Shown here: piece after piece, positions 47,462-57,277 of the stretch
Layout: each line of letters starts with the position of its first letter
Position numbering within the stretch: the stretch's first letter is position 1
Assembly (NCBI GenBank): GCA_902535055.1
Contig: CACASI010000004.1
Coordinates: 34,154-98,153, forward strand
From: an uncultured Candidatus Actinomarina sp.
Lineage (GTDB): Bacteria > Actinomycetota > Acidimicrobiia > Actinomarinales > Actinomarinaceae
Direction: 5' to 3'
DNA length: 64,000 bases
The notes under the pieces: model-generated
Databases searched by the model: none
Told to the model about the DNA's origin: nothing
The model's input: only the letters and a program-made list of their open reading frames with translations
Translations under genes and position numbers: made by a program

Positions 47462-47977
47462 ATGAATAAAAATTTTCATAATCATAGAACTTTAATTCTC
47501 AATGCAACATATCAACCTTTATCTATCGCCTCCGCTAAAAGATCAGTTTCTCTTATGCTTTCAAACAAAATTAATGTAATAAAAACATCAAATCTTGAAT
47601 TGAGGTCGGAATCTTCAACTATAAAAATCCCTAAAGTTGCAGCATTAAATTACTATGTAAAGGCACCATACGCAAGAAGAGTTGCTTTAAATAGGGAAAA
47701 TATATTTATAAGAGATCATAACATTTGTCAATATTGTGGAGTTCAAGCTGAATCGATTGATCATATCATACCAAAATCAAAAGGTGGAAAACATGAATGG
47801 CAAAATGTTGTTGCCTGTTGCAAAAGGTGTAACTTAATCAAAGCAGATAAAGACTTGAACCAAACAATTCTAAAACTTATTCAATCACCTCTCGCTCCAG
47901 AGGGAAATTTTTGGATAAAAACAATTATAGGTTCAAACCCAGACCCTGAGTGGGAAGAGTACCTAATCTCCGCATAA
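47462..47977 (+). CDS. HNH endonuclease domain protein
   Basis: Motifs: CQYCG..(x7)..DHIIPKSKGGKHEWQNVVACCKRCNLIKADK (HNH with CxxC pairs). Confidence 0.8.
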   Translation: MNKNFHNHRTLILNATYQPLSIASAKRSVSLMLSNKINVIKTSNLELRSESSTIKIPKVAALNYYVKAPYARRVALNRENIFIRDHNICQYCGVQAESIDHIIPKSKGGKHEWQNVVACCKRCNLIKADKDLNQTILKLIQSPLAPEGNFWIKTIIGSNPDPEWEEYLISA

Positions 47978-47990
47978 TTTTTTTTCATTA

Positions 47991-48037
47991 ATTGTGTTGC
48001 AAAGTGTCACATAGTGTCATATAATGACACAAAGTGG
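47991..48037 (+). promoter_or_regulatory. dcw (Pmra-like) promoter overlapped by phased MraZ-box direct repeats
   Basis: Heptamers occur at exactly 10-bp spacing: ATTGTGT (47991), AAAGTGT (48001), ATAGTGT (48011), ATAATGA (48021, degenerate), AAAGTGG (48031). TTGCAA (47997-48002) and TATAAT (48020-48025) are separated by 17 nt. Confidence 0.55.
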
Positions 48038-48062
48038 TTCAAGGCACGAAAGGCGGATAAAA

Positions 48063-48488
48063 GTGTTCCTTGGTGAGTATCAACACATAATGGACTCGAA
48101 GGGTAGAGTAGTTATTCCATCGAAGTTTAGAAAAGAGCTCCAACAGGGCTGTGTAGTCACCAAGGGACAAGATAATTGTCTGCAAATTCTAACAAAAAAA
48201 AACTGGACTTCTCTTTCTGAAGAAATGGTTGAGCTACCAGTAACAGAAAAATCATCTAGACAGCTCAGAAGAGCTATATTCAGTGGTGCTGTCGACTCTA
48301 AGTTAGATTCTGCCGGAAGAATTCCAATACCAGAAAATTTAAGAGAATATAGTCAAATAGATATAAATGGTGAAGTCACTGTTACAGGAATAGGGAACGC
48401 AATTGAAATATGGTCATCAAAGATGTGGAAAAAAATTCAAGATGATGCAGATCATGAATTTGCAAATATTAATGAAGTGAAAGGATAG
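48063..48488 (+). CDS. mraZ: Transcriptional regulator MraZ
   Basis: VFLGEYQHIMDSKGRVVIPSKFR is the canonical MraZ N-terminus (GTG start at 48063, preceded by GAAAGGCGG). A second SpoVT/AbrB-like repeat, DSAGRIPIPENLR, is present. Confidence 0.9.
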   Translation: MFLGEYQHIMDSKGRVVIPSKFRKELQQGCVVTKGQDNCLQILTKKNWTSLSEEMVELPVTEKSSRQLRRAIFSGAVDSKLDSAGRIPIPENLREYSQIDINGEVTVTGIGNAIEIWSSKMWKKIQDDADHEFANINEVKG

Positions 48489-48496
48489 GTTCATAG

Positions 48497-48573
48497 CCAG
48501 CTCTCTAGACAACTAAATTGGAACACCCTTACTCCGCCCAACTTTCCAATTGGTGCCAGTTCTAGAGAGCTGG
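48497..48573 (+). other. 77-nt nested inverted repeat (candidate RNA structure) between mraZ and rsmH
   Basis: It has a 13-bp perfect outer stem, CCAGCTCTCTAGA (48497-48509) / TCTAGAGAGCTGG (48561-48573). An inner 8-bp stem, AATTGGAA / TTCCAATT, encloses a 20-nt C-rich loop, CACCCTTACTCCGCCCAACT. Confidence 0.5.
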
Positions 48574-48575
48574 GT

Positions 48576-49493
48576 ATGAACAAAAACAGGGTTGGGTACA
48601 TGCCACACATTGGTGTGATGAAAGAAGAAATATCTTCTATTTTAGACGATGTTCCTCCAGGTATATTTATCGATTCAACTTATGGCTACGGTTCTCATTT
48701 CGATACTATTATGAAACACAGCCAACTTACAGCAATCGGATTTGATCGTGATCTAGAAGCAGTTGATAATAGTGATCCTTCCCATGATGTAATCAATCTT
48801 AATTTTTCAATGATAAGTGATTATGTCAACAATAATTCATTATCGCCAATTAGCGGCATTTTATATGATCTTGGTGTTTCAAGTCATCAGATTGATACTC
48901 CAAATAGAGGCTTTTCTTTTTCTATAGATTCGAATCTAGATATGAGAATGAATCAAAAAGACGAACTTACAGCTGAAAAAGTCCTTAATACTTTTTCATA
49001 TGAAAATCTTTATTCAATTTTTAATGAATTTGGAGAAGAAAGGTATTCAAAAAGTATTGCTAAAAAGATCATAGAAAATAGACCTATAAATAAAACTATT
49101 GAATTATCAAACATAATTAGAAATTCCGTACCAAAGCAAAATCCAATATTTATTGAAAAAAGTATTAGAAGAATATTTCAAGCCTTAAGAATATATATAA
49201 ATGATGAACTTAATGAATTAAAAGATTCGTTATTAAAAGTAAAAGACTTGATTCAAAAAAATGGTGTAATTATTTGCATCTCTTATCACTCATTAGAGGA
49301 TCGAATCATAAAGAATTTTATGAAAGATTTAACATTGGGATGTATTTGTGATCCGTCAATTGCAATATGTGTTTGTAATAATATTCAGAATTTCGAATAC
49401 CCAAAAAGAAAAAAATATTATCCAAACAAAGAAGAAATTAATTCCAACTCCAGAGCTAATTCAGCAACATTAAGGTATGTACGAAAAATATGA
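48576..49493 (+). CDS. rsmH: 16S rRNA (cytosine1402-N4)-methyltransferase
   Basis: Motifs: MPHIGVMKEEI (HxPVL-like), FIDSTYGYGSHF, LYDLGVSSHQID, ISYHSLEDRIIKNF. It is the second gene of the dcw cluster. ATG 48600 is an alternative start. Confidence 0.9.
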   Translation: MNKNRVGYMPHIGVMKEEISSILDDVPPGIFIDSTYGYGSHFDTIMKHSQLTAIGFDRDLEAVDNSDPSHDVINLNFSMISDYVNNNSLSPISGILYDLGVSSHQIDTPNRGFSFSIDSNLDMRMNQKDELTAEKVLNTFSYENLYSIFNEFGEERYSKSIAKKIIENRPINKTIELSNIIRNSVPKQNPIFIEKSIRRIFQALRIYINDELNELKDSLLKVKDLIQKNGVIICISYHSLEDRIIKNFMKDLTLGCICDPSIAICVCNNIQNFEYPKRKKYYPNKEEINSNSRANSATLRYVRKI

Positions 49494-49813
49494 GAAAAAA
49501 ATATATTTTTAGATTTGCTTACGTTCTTTTATCAGCATCAGTGATTTTATCTTTATTTATAAATTTGAGAATTAATGAAATTTCAAAAGAACTTTCATTA
49601 ATCAATACTGAAATAGTTGAGTTAGAACGTTCAAAAGCGAATCTTAATATTGAGTATATTAGAAAATACTCTTTCGAAAATATAGAAAATCTATCAAAAT
49701 TAAAATCATATGTTCGATTAAGAGTTAGCAATTTAAATTTAGATTTGGAAACTCCTTACAAAGCTAACACAGAAGACGTTCAAGAAACAATTGTTATGGG
49801 CTTTGGAAGATGA
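49490..49813 (+). CDS. ftsL: FtsL-like cell division protein (single-pass, coiled coil)
   Basis: 107 aa with an N-terminal TM helix followed by a coiled-coil-like segment. It holds the conserved position between rsmH and ftsI. Confidence 0.6.
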   Translation: MRKKYIFRFAYVLLSASVILSLFINLRINEISKELSLINTEIVELERSKANLNIEYIRKYSFENIENLSKLKSYVRLRVSNLNLDLETPYKANTEDVQETIVMGFGR

Positions 49814-51486
49814 AACTTTCATCAAATAAAATAAAACTTAATTTTCTATTTGTAATTGTATTAATCCTTGTTACTTTTGGTTCTTATCTATTCATTCAAA
49901 AAGTATATGCATTGCAATTTATAGAATCTGATTTTTTTGAAAATCAAGCATTGTCTTACAGGCAGAGAGTAGAAATTCTTGAAGCTAAAAGAGGAACCAT
50001 ATATGATAAAAACTTTAATGTTTTAGCAAGTAGTGTCCAATCTTATAATGTTGCACTTAAATCGAATGATATCGATGATCTAGGATTTGTCAGTGTTCTA
50101 TCCTCATTGCTTAAATTAGATGAAGCTGAAATCTTAAAAAAAATTACAGAGAATTCAAAATTTTTCTACTTAAAAAGAAATGTTGATTACGAAACAGGAA
50201 ACAAAATAAAATCTTGGAAATTTAACGGTATTCACCTAGAACATTCCAATAAAAGAAATGTTTATGATTCCTCTACCTCAAATATTATTGGATTTGTTGA
50301 TCCTGATGGAAATGGAATTGAAGGGTTAGAGCTTTATTTTGATACTCTTCTTAAAGGAGAAGATGGTGAATTAAGATATGAATCGGCTCCTAATGGTGCC
50401 ATCATTCCACAGGGAGAAATAATAACGATTCAACCTAAGCATGGAGAAGATTTAATACTTTCAATTGATTCAGAATTACAATATCTTAGTAAAGATCTTT
50501 GTCAAGACGCACTCAAAGATACACAAGCCTTTATGTGTTCTGTTGTTTTTGCCAATGCTGTGACAGGAGAAATTCTTATTTCTGCAGAGGAATCATCAAC
50601 GAATAATAATTATTTTAATATTGACTTAATTAGCGCAAGAGCAAATTACGAACCTGGCTCTTCATTAAAAATCTTTACTATTGGCTCATTAATTGAAAAT
50701 GGTGTTGTTAATGAAAATGATATTTATTTAGTTGAAGATAAGATAGAAATTATTGATGGATCATGTAAAGAAGATTTTGAAGGTTACAAAGGGTGTTTCA
50801 GAGATTTTCTCAAGCATGAACCAATTAACCTTTCAGTCAAAGAAATTATTGAAAGATCATCGAATGTGGGAACAGTTAAAATTGTTAATGATGGAAATAT
50901 AAATGAAGTTGAGATGTTCTTAAAAAGGTTTGGCTTTGGTTCAAAAACAGGAGTTGAGTTGTCTGGAGAGTCAAAAGGAGCATTTACCGAATACAAAACG
51001 TGTACAACATGTTTAAGTTCTTTATCAATAGGATATTCAATAAACACCACACAATATCAGATGGTGAAAGCTTACAGCATAATTGCAAATGAAGGATTAG
51101 ACTTAAATCTTTCATTAATAAGAACTAATCAACAAAGTAACAATAACAAAAAAGTTATAGATCGTAATCTTGCAAAAAGGTTAAAGATGCTTCTTATCAA
51201 CGTTGTAGAAGGGCCAAATGGAACGGGAAAATCACTAAAAATGGATGATTACGTTATTGGTGGCAAAACAGGAACTAGTAGAACTTATTTAGAAGGCATT
51301 GGTTACTCAAATGATAGATTTACAACTTCTTTTACAGGATTTATCGAGACATCAAATGGTCCAATTGTAGGCTCTGTAATATTATGGGGGGCAAAGGGCT
51401 CACCAATCTCTGAATATGTAACAGGTGGTTCTACAGCTGCTCCTATATTTAAAACTATTGTAAGAAATCTTCTACCAAGCGATTAA
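49810..51486 (+). CDS. ftsI: Penicillin-binding protein (class B transpeptidase, FtsI/PBP3 type)
   Basis: It has an N-terminal anchor and a PBP dimerisation domain. Transpeptidase motifs are SSLK (SxxK), SSN and KTGT. Confidence 0.9.
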   Translation: MKLSSNKIKLNFLFVIVLILVTFGSYLFIQKVYALQFIESDFFENQALSYRQRVEILEAKRGTIYDKNFNVLASSVQSYNVALKSNDIDDLGFVSVLSSLLKLDEAEILKKITENSKFFYLKRNVDYETGNKIKSWKFNGIHLEHSNKRNVYDSSTSNIIGFVDPDGNGIEGLELYFDTLLKGEDGELRYESAPNGAIIPQGEIITIQPKHGEDLILSIDSELQYLSKDLCQDALKDTQAFMCSVVFANAVTGEILISAEESSTNNNYFNIDLISARANYEPGSSLKIFTIGSLIENGVVNENDIYLVEDKIEIIDGSCKEDFEGYKGCFRDFLKHEPINLSVKEIIERSSNVGTVKIVNDGNINEVEMFLKRFGFGSKTGVELSGESKGAFTEYKTCTTCLSSLSIGYSINTTQYQMVKAYSIIANEGLDLNLSLIRTNQQSNNNKKVIDRNLAKRLKMLLINVVEGPNGTGKSLKMDDYVIGGKTGTSRTYLEGIGYSNDRFTTSFTGFIETSNGPIVGSVILWGAKGSPISEYVTGGSTAAPIFKTIVRNLLPSD

Positions 51487-51487
51487 C

Positions 51488-52891
51488 ATGAAAAAGTTAA
51501 ATTTGAGAGATTTGAACTTATCACAGAATGATATTAATAAATTTGTAAATAGTTCGACAGATGTTGAACGTGATTCAATTCTTTTTATAGATAATGTAAA
51601 TGTTGAAAAGCTTGATAGGTACGTTAATGATGCTTTGACGAAAAATGCAAAAAAAATATTTACATCCGAAAAATGTAATATAAGTAATGAAAAAATTTTA
51701 AAAGTCTCGAACTATGAAGAAGTATTAAATCAAGCATATAGTTTTATCTGCCCTGATTATGATAAAAAAACTTATTTTGGGATTACTGGAACTAATGGAA
51801 AAACTACAACTGGTCATTATTTAGAACAAATTTTAGGTAATAACAGTATTTTCATTGGAACTAACAACGAAAATCTATTTAGTGATATTACAAAGGAGAA
51901 GCATCTAACATCCCCAAAATTGTTCAATATTTTGAAATTTTTAAGTAAACCTAAAAATAAGACTTATGAAAATATAATTTTAGAAGCTTCTTCTCATGCT
52001 CTTGATCAAGAAAGATTTAAGGGTATAAAATTTAATACTTCTGGATTTACGAATCTTTCAAGAGATCATTTTGACTATCACAACAACATAAATAAATATT
52101 TTGAAGCTAAACTAAAACTTTTTTCAAAAAACTTATCTGATAAGTTTGTTTATATTGATAGTGAATGGGGAAATAAAGTCAAAGAGAATTCTGTTATTCC
52201 ATCATTTAAGATAGGTAATAATAATGATTCAAATCTTAGAATCCTAGAAGAAAAATTATTTCCAAATATCAATCTGAAAATACAAATCAATGAAGATAAA
52301 CATGATATAAATTTGAATGTTACTGGACCCAATTTTAATTTAAATTTCTTACTTGCTTTATCAATGGCTTATTTTTCTGAAAAGTCAGATATTCAAAATT
52401 ATGAGGAAAATTTTAAGAATATTCAAAATCCTAAGGGTAGGTTTGAAATAATTAATTTTAAGAGTAACAAAATTGTTGTGGATTATGCGCATACCCCTGA
52501 CGCAATCAAAACAACAGTGGATTTTGTAACCCAATATTTCTCAAGTGTAATTGTAGTTTTTGGTGCAGGAGGCGATAGAGACATAGAAAAGCGTTTGCTT
52601 ATGGGCAATGCATCAAGAAATGCAGATCAAATAATTATTACAAATGACAATCCACGCCATGAAGATCCTGAAAAGATTGCAAAAGATATTCTCGAAGGAT
52701 GCGATAAAGAAAAAACTGTTGTAATACTTGATAGGAAAGAAGCAATAACTTATGGTATTAACCAACTCAAGGAGAATTCAGTTTTATTAGTATTAGGTAA
52801 AGGGCATGAAATGCATCAAGAGATAAAAAATAAAAAAATTAATTTCAATGATTTTGACTATATTTCAGACCTTCTGGGAGATATAAATTGA
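51488..52891 (+). CDS. murE: UDP-N-acetylmuramoyl-L-alanyl-D-glutamate--2,6-diaminopimelate ligase
   Basis: Motifs: GITGTNGKTTT, LEASSHALDQERF, TNLSRDHFDYH, and the DAP-specific DNPR motif (TNDNPRHEDP). Confidence 0.9.
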   Translation: MKKLNLRDLNLSQNDINKFVNSSTDVERDSILFIDNVNVEKLDRYVNDALTKNAKKIFTSEKCNISNEKILKVSNYEEVLNQAYSFICPDYDKKTYFGITGTNGKTTTGHYLEQILGNNSIFIGTNNENLFSDITKEKHLTSPKLFNILKFLSKPKNKTYENIILEASSHALDQERFKGIKFNTSGFTNLSRDHFDYHNNINKYFEAKLKLFSKNLSDKFVYIDSEWGNKVKENSVIPSFKIGNNNDSNLRILEEKLFPNINLKIQINEDKHDINLNVTGPNFNLNFLLALSMAYFSEKSDIQNYEENFKNIQNPKGRFEIINFKSNKIVVDYAHTPDAIKTTVDFVTQYFSSVIVVFGAGGDRDIEKRLLMGNASRNADQIIITNDNPRHEDPEKIAKDILEGCDKEKTVVILDRKEAITYGINQLKENSVLLVLGKGHEMHQEIKNKKINFNDFDYISDLLGDIN

Positions 52892-53946
52892 TTGGAATTA
52901 TTGTCGCAGGAGCAATTTCATTTATTTGTGTAATTCTTTCAACATTTATTGGAGTTAATTATTTTAAAACTCGAAATATTGGACAACCAATACAAAAAGA
53001 AGTCGTTTTTCATGATCATAAAAAAGGAACTCCAACTATGGGGGGAGTGTTCATAATTTTTGGTACCTACTCTGGTTATATCCTTTCTCATATCAATTTT
53101 TGGACGATCGGTGCGGGTTTTAAAGTTGAATTTATAGATATAAATCCTGTGATTTTAATATCACTTTCATTAGGGACTCTGATGGCTTGCGTAGGTTTAA
53201 TTGATGATTTATTAAAAGTTCGAAAGAATAGGAATTTGGGGCTAAGAGCTAGAAACAAAATATTTTTGCAAATTCTTGTCGCAGCTATTACGAGTTTTTA
53301 TTTTTACTATCTTGACTACTCATCAACATTTTATTTTTTTAGTGGATTTGGTTTCGAAGTAGGTTTTCTTAAATGGATAATCATTACTTTTTTAATAGTT
53401 GGAATTACTAATTCTGTAAATCTAACAGATGGACTTGATGGGTTAGTAGCTGGATCCTCATCAGTTTCATTTGGAGGAATCCTAATAATTTCATTCTGGA
53501 TATTTAGACATCCAGAATACTATTCAAGTTTTATGAACAATGAAATACTTGACTTAGATCTATCTATACTAATTTCTGCTTTAGCTGGTTCAGCACTCGG
53601 TTTTTTATGGTGGAATACCAATCCTGCAAAAATAATAATGGGAGATGTTGGTTCTCATTTTATTGGTTCAATGTTTCCAATTATATTGATTTCAATCGGT
53701 GCAGATGGCTTAATTTTGTTTTTCTGTTTTTTATATATTTTCGAGGCTTTGTCTGTAATTATCCAAGTTTCTTCATTTAAATTAAATCAAAAAAGAATTT
53801 TTAAAATGACACCAATACATCATCATTTTGAGATGAGTGGATGGGCTGAAACAACAATAATTGTAAGATTTTGGATTATTAATGGAATATTTATCGTAAT
53901 AGGGCTTGGTCTATTTTATGGAGACTGGGTATTGTTTGGAAATTAA
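52888..53946 (+). CDS. mraY: Phospho-N-acetylmuramoyl-pentapeptide transferase
   Basis: Motifs: KKGTPTMGG, NSVNLTDGLDGL, MGDVGS, PIHHHFE. The TTG start overlaps the murE TGA. Confidence 0.95.
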   Translation: MIGIIVAGAISFICVILSTFIGVNYFKTRNIGQPIQKEVVFHDHKKGTPTMGGVFIIFGTYSGYILSHINFWTIGAGFKVEFIDINPVILISLSLGTLMACVGLIDDLLKVRKNRNLGLRARNKIFLQILVAAITSFYFYYLDYSSTFYFFSGFGFEVGFLKWIIITFLIVGITNSVNLTDGLDGLVAGSSSVSFGGILIISFWIFRHPEYYSSFMNNEILDLDLSILISALAGSALGFLWWNTNPAKIIMGDVGSHFIGSMFPIILISIGADGLILFFCFLYIFEALSVIIQVSSFKLNQKRIFKMTPIHHHFEMSGWAETTIIVRFWIINGIFIVIGLGLFYGDWVLFGN

Positions 53947-55158
53947 GTGAAAACATTAATTTTTGGGTATGGCATTACTGGAAAAGCAGTTGAAACCTTT
54001 TTTAAAGTTAAATCAAAAGAATATTTAATTTATGACGATAACGAAAATGTTATTCTTGACATTAAAAAAGAACTGCTTTTTGATGATTCCCAAATTGATC
54101 TAATTGATGAAATTGTAATCTCTCCAGGTATAAATCCAAGTCACAAACAAATTAAGAATTTTGAAACAAAAAAAATAATTACAGATATTGATTTATTTTC
54201 CAGAGAATTTCAAGGAAAATTTATTGGTGTTACTGGAACAAATGGGAAGACTACATTTGTAAATTTGTTGACTGATTTTCTGATTTCAAAAGGTATTAAT
54301 GCCGTTGCATGTGGAAACGTTGGAGTTTCTCCTTTGAGCATTAATTTTGAAGATAAAGATTTTGCAATTGTAGAACTATCAAGCTTTCAGCTCTATTATG
54401 CATCAGATGTTAAAGCTGATTTTGGGATATTTCTAAACTTTCATTCTGATCACCTTGATTGGCACAAAGATGAGAAAGATTACAAAAAATCAAAATTAAA
54501 ATTATTGACTTTTTTAAATTCAGACGAAAATTTAGTAACTGGTTTTAATACATTTTCAGAAAAAGCTCTTGAAAACATTTTAAATATTCCTATTGATAAA
54601 GGTAAAGACGAGCTTTTAATGGAAAATTATGACTTTGATGATTTGAGCTTTCCAATAGATACATGTCTGGCTTTTTTAAAGATAATTGAAAAATTAGATA
54701 TAAATCTAGACGAAGGTTACGAATATTTGAAAAAAGAAGTTTATTCTGAACATCGCTTTGAATTTGTCGAATCAATTAATGGTACAAATTTTATTAATGA
54801 TTCGAAGTCTACCAACTTTCACTCCATGTCCGTAGCTACATCCAGAGTGAAGAACGCACTTTTAATCATGCATGGAATAACAAAGAATATTCCAGAAGAA
54901 GAAATAAATATTTCTGGTGAAATAAAAAAGATACTTATTCCAAAAAATATGAATATTGATATTAACGTACTTGACTGTGAAATTGTTAAGTTAGATTCTA
55001 TCTTAAGTCTAGAAACCTATCTTGCAGCGGAATATCAAAACTTTGACACAGTATTATTTTCTTGTGGAGGTTCAAGTTTTTCTGATTTTAAAGATTACAA
55101 GGACAGGGGATTATTTTTTAAGAAAATAGTTAGTAATTTAAAGGACAATACAAGATGA
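53947..55158 (+). CDS. murD: UDP-N-acetylmuramoylalanine--D-glutamate ligase
   Basis: Motifs: GVTGTNGKTT, ELSSFQL, DHLDWH. GTG start. It holds the conserved dcw position. Confidence 0.85.
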   Translation: MKTLIFGYGITGKAVETFFKVKSKEYLIYDDNENVILDIKKELLFDDSQIDLIDEIVISPGINPSHKQIKNFETKKIITDIDLFSREFQGKFIGVTGTNGKTTFVNLLTDFLISKGINAVACGNVGVSPLSINFEDKDFAIVELSSFQLYYASDVKADFGIFLNFHSDHLDWHKDEKDYKKSKLKLLTFLNSDENLVTGFNTFSEKALENILNIPIDKGKDELLMENYDFDDLSFPIDTCLAFLKIIEKLDINLDEGYEYLKKEVYSEHRFEFVESINGTNFINDSKSTNFHSMSVATSRVKNALLIMHGITKNIPEEEINISGEIKKILIPKNMNIDINVLDCEIVKLDSILSLETYLAAEYQNFDTVLFSCGGSSFSDFKDYKDRGLFFKKIVSNLKDNTR

Positions 55159-56243
55159 ATCTTACATATTCATTTTTTCAAAGAATAAATCTTTTTAGTA
55201 TATGGTTTTTGGTTACTTTTGGAATTTTGGTAAATATATCAGCATCATCAGTACAAGGTTTAAATCAATTTAATGACAATTTCTATTTTATTAAAAGGCA
55301 CATGGCTGCTGTATTAATTGGAGTTTTAATTTTTAATATTGGAAAAAAAATTAATTTTTATTCCTATAGCCGATTAATCAACTTTTCTATTGTATTTGTT
55401 ACATCTGCTTTATTTTTTGTCTTAACTTATGGAATTGTACGAGGTGGTAGCAGAAGATGGGTAGATCTGGGAGTAATTAATTTTCAACCAAGTGAACTGG
55501 CAAAACCGATAATTATACTTTGGGTTGCTTATCAATTAACAAATATAGATACAAAATTTAATAATTTTTTCTATCTCCGAAGAGCCATGTTTCTACCTGT
55601 AATTTGTTGTTTTTTTATATATCTTCAACCAGATTATGGAACAACAATTACGATATTTGGTATTTTATTAAGTCAGATAGTATTTTCAAAGATAGATTTT
55701 AAATACCCAGTAGGAATATTATCCCTTTCTATTGTTCCTCTCTACTTTTTAGCTATTTCTGGAAGTTATAGGTTTAATAGAATAACTACTTGGCTAGATA
55801 GAGATTGTGATTTAGGTATTGATTTGCTTGGTGCATGTTTTCAGTTGAATCAGAGTAGAATCGCAATTAGTTCGGGTGGAATGTTTGGATTAGGACCTGG
55901 GACGTCTCGTGCAAGATGGGGAATGCTACCTAACTCACATACTGATTTTATAGCATCTATAATCGGCGAAGAGTATGGCTTTGTCGGACTTTTAATTTTC
56001 GTTATCATATTAGGATTTTTAATTATCTCATTCTATGGTTTAGCAATTTCAACCAAAAGTGAATTCAAGAAATTAATATTTGTGGGACTAGGTTCTTGGG
56101 TATTTATTCAAACAGCTATAAATTTGGGTGGAGCAGTAGGGCTTTTACCAATAACTGGGATAGTTTTACCTTTTATATCTTATGGTAGTAGTGCGATGGT
56201 TGCACTATTTACTGGAATTGCAATAGGGTATTCAAGAATATGA
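55155..56243 (+). CDS. ftsW: SEDS-family peptidoglycan polymerase FtsW
   Basis: About 10 TM helices. Motifs: FQPSELAKP, GGMFGLGPG, HTDFI, LPITGIVLPFISYGSS. Confidence 0.9.
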   Translation: MNLTYSFFQRINLFSIWFLVTFGILVNISASSVQGLNQFNDNFYFIKRHMAAVLIGVLIFNIGKKINFYSYSRLINFSIVFVTSALFFVLTYGIVRGGSRRWVDLGVINFQPSELAKPIIILWVAYQLTNIDTKFNNFFYLRRAMFLPVICCFFIYLQPDYGTTITIFGILLSQIVFSKIDFKYPVGILSLSIVPLYFLAISGSYRFNRITTWLDRDCDLGIDLLGACFQLNQSRIAISSGGMFGLGPGTSRARWGMLPNSHTDFIASIIGEEYGFVGLLIFVIILGFLIISFYGLAISTKSEFKKLIFVGLGSWVFIQTAINLGGAVGLLPITGIVLPFISYGSSAMVALFTGIAIGYSRI

Positions 56244-57277
56244 ATCAAAATAAAATTATGTTCTTTTGTGTTGGAACTGGAGGGCACGTACTTCCAGTGA
56301 AGAATATTATTGATGAATTATTAAATAGTGGAATATCAAAAAATCAAATTGAAATAGTGACCGATAATAGAGGCTCTAAGTTCTTACAAGAAGTTGATGT
56401 AAAATGCTATACGACTGATGTATTTAGATCCGATATTGGAAAATTAGGATATTTAATTAATCTAACCAAGATATTTAAGACAATCTCAAATATCAATAGA
56501 AATATGGATTTTAAAAATACAAAAATAATTTTTACTACTGGCTCCTACATTGCTCCAATTGCAGCTTACTTAAGCTGGAGAAAGAAAATAAAATTGTTTG
56601 TTCAAGAACAGAATATTTATACTGGTTTAGGAAATAAGATTGCTTCTTATTTTAAAAGCACAGTATTTGCTTCATATCCAGATACAAAAAATGTTAATCA
56701 AAAAAATGTAGAATTTGTTGGCCCTGTAATTGATAAAAAAATTAAAAAGTCTATCAAAGATATTAATGAAAATATTGTGATTGGAGTTCAAGGTGGAAGC
56801 CAAGGCTCTAATGAAATAAATAATTTTGTATACAAATATTTAGAGAATCATAAATTGATTAAAGTAAAAATATTACATATTGTTGGACCATCAAATATTG
56901 ATAAATCAAAAAATTTTAATAATTATGAACAATTGGAATATGTAGATAATATGAATGATTTCTATCAACAAATTGATGTTCAAATTTCAAGAGCTGGTGG
57001 AGGTATTCTTGAAGCGTTATATTTAAATATACCTTTAATACTCATACCATATAAATTAGGAACTACATCATCACATCAGCAGATGAATGCTAAATTTCTT
57101 GTAGATAATGAATATGCCATAATATGCAATAATTACACTGACGTTGAAAAAGAAATTTTACTTATTGATAATGAAAATACTGATTGGTTAGATAAATACA
57201 AAGTAAACGACACAATTGAGAGCGGAAATATATCAATAAGTAAAAAAATTATTCAGGAAATCAAAAATGGATTATAA
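56240..57277 (+). CDS. murG: Undecaprenyldiphospho-muramoylpentapeptide beta-N-acetylglucosaminyltransferase
   Basis: Motifs: GTGGHVLP, GGSQGS, SRAGGGILEA. dcw position. Confidence 0.85.
   Translation: MNQNKIMFFCVGTGGHVLPVKNIIDELLNSGISKNQIEIVTDNRGSKFLQEVDVKCYTTDVFRSDIGKLGYLINLTKIFKTISNINRNMDFKNTKIIFTTGSYIAPIAAYLSWRKKIKLFVQEQNIYTGLGNKIASYFKSTVFASYPDTKNVNQKNVEFVGPVIDKKIKKSIKDINENIVIGVQGGSQGSNEINNFVYKYLENHKLIKVKILHIVGPSNIDKSKNFNNYEQLEYVDNMNDFYQQIDVQISRAGGGILEALYLNIPLILIPYKLGTTSSHQQMNAKFLVDNEYAIICNNYTDVEKEILLIDNENTDWLDKYKVNDTIESGNISISKKIIQEIKNGL

Noticed and set aside
48024-48062. The ATG start giving MTQSGSRHERRIK before MraZ.
   Set aside because: The canonical MraZ N-terminus (M)FLGxYxH corresponds to the GTG at 48063, which has an upstream GAAAGGCGG. 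The ATG at 48024 lies inside the -10/operator region.
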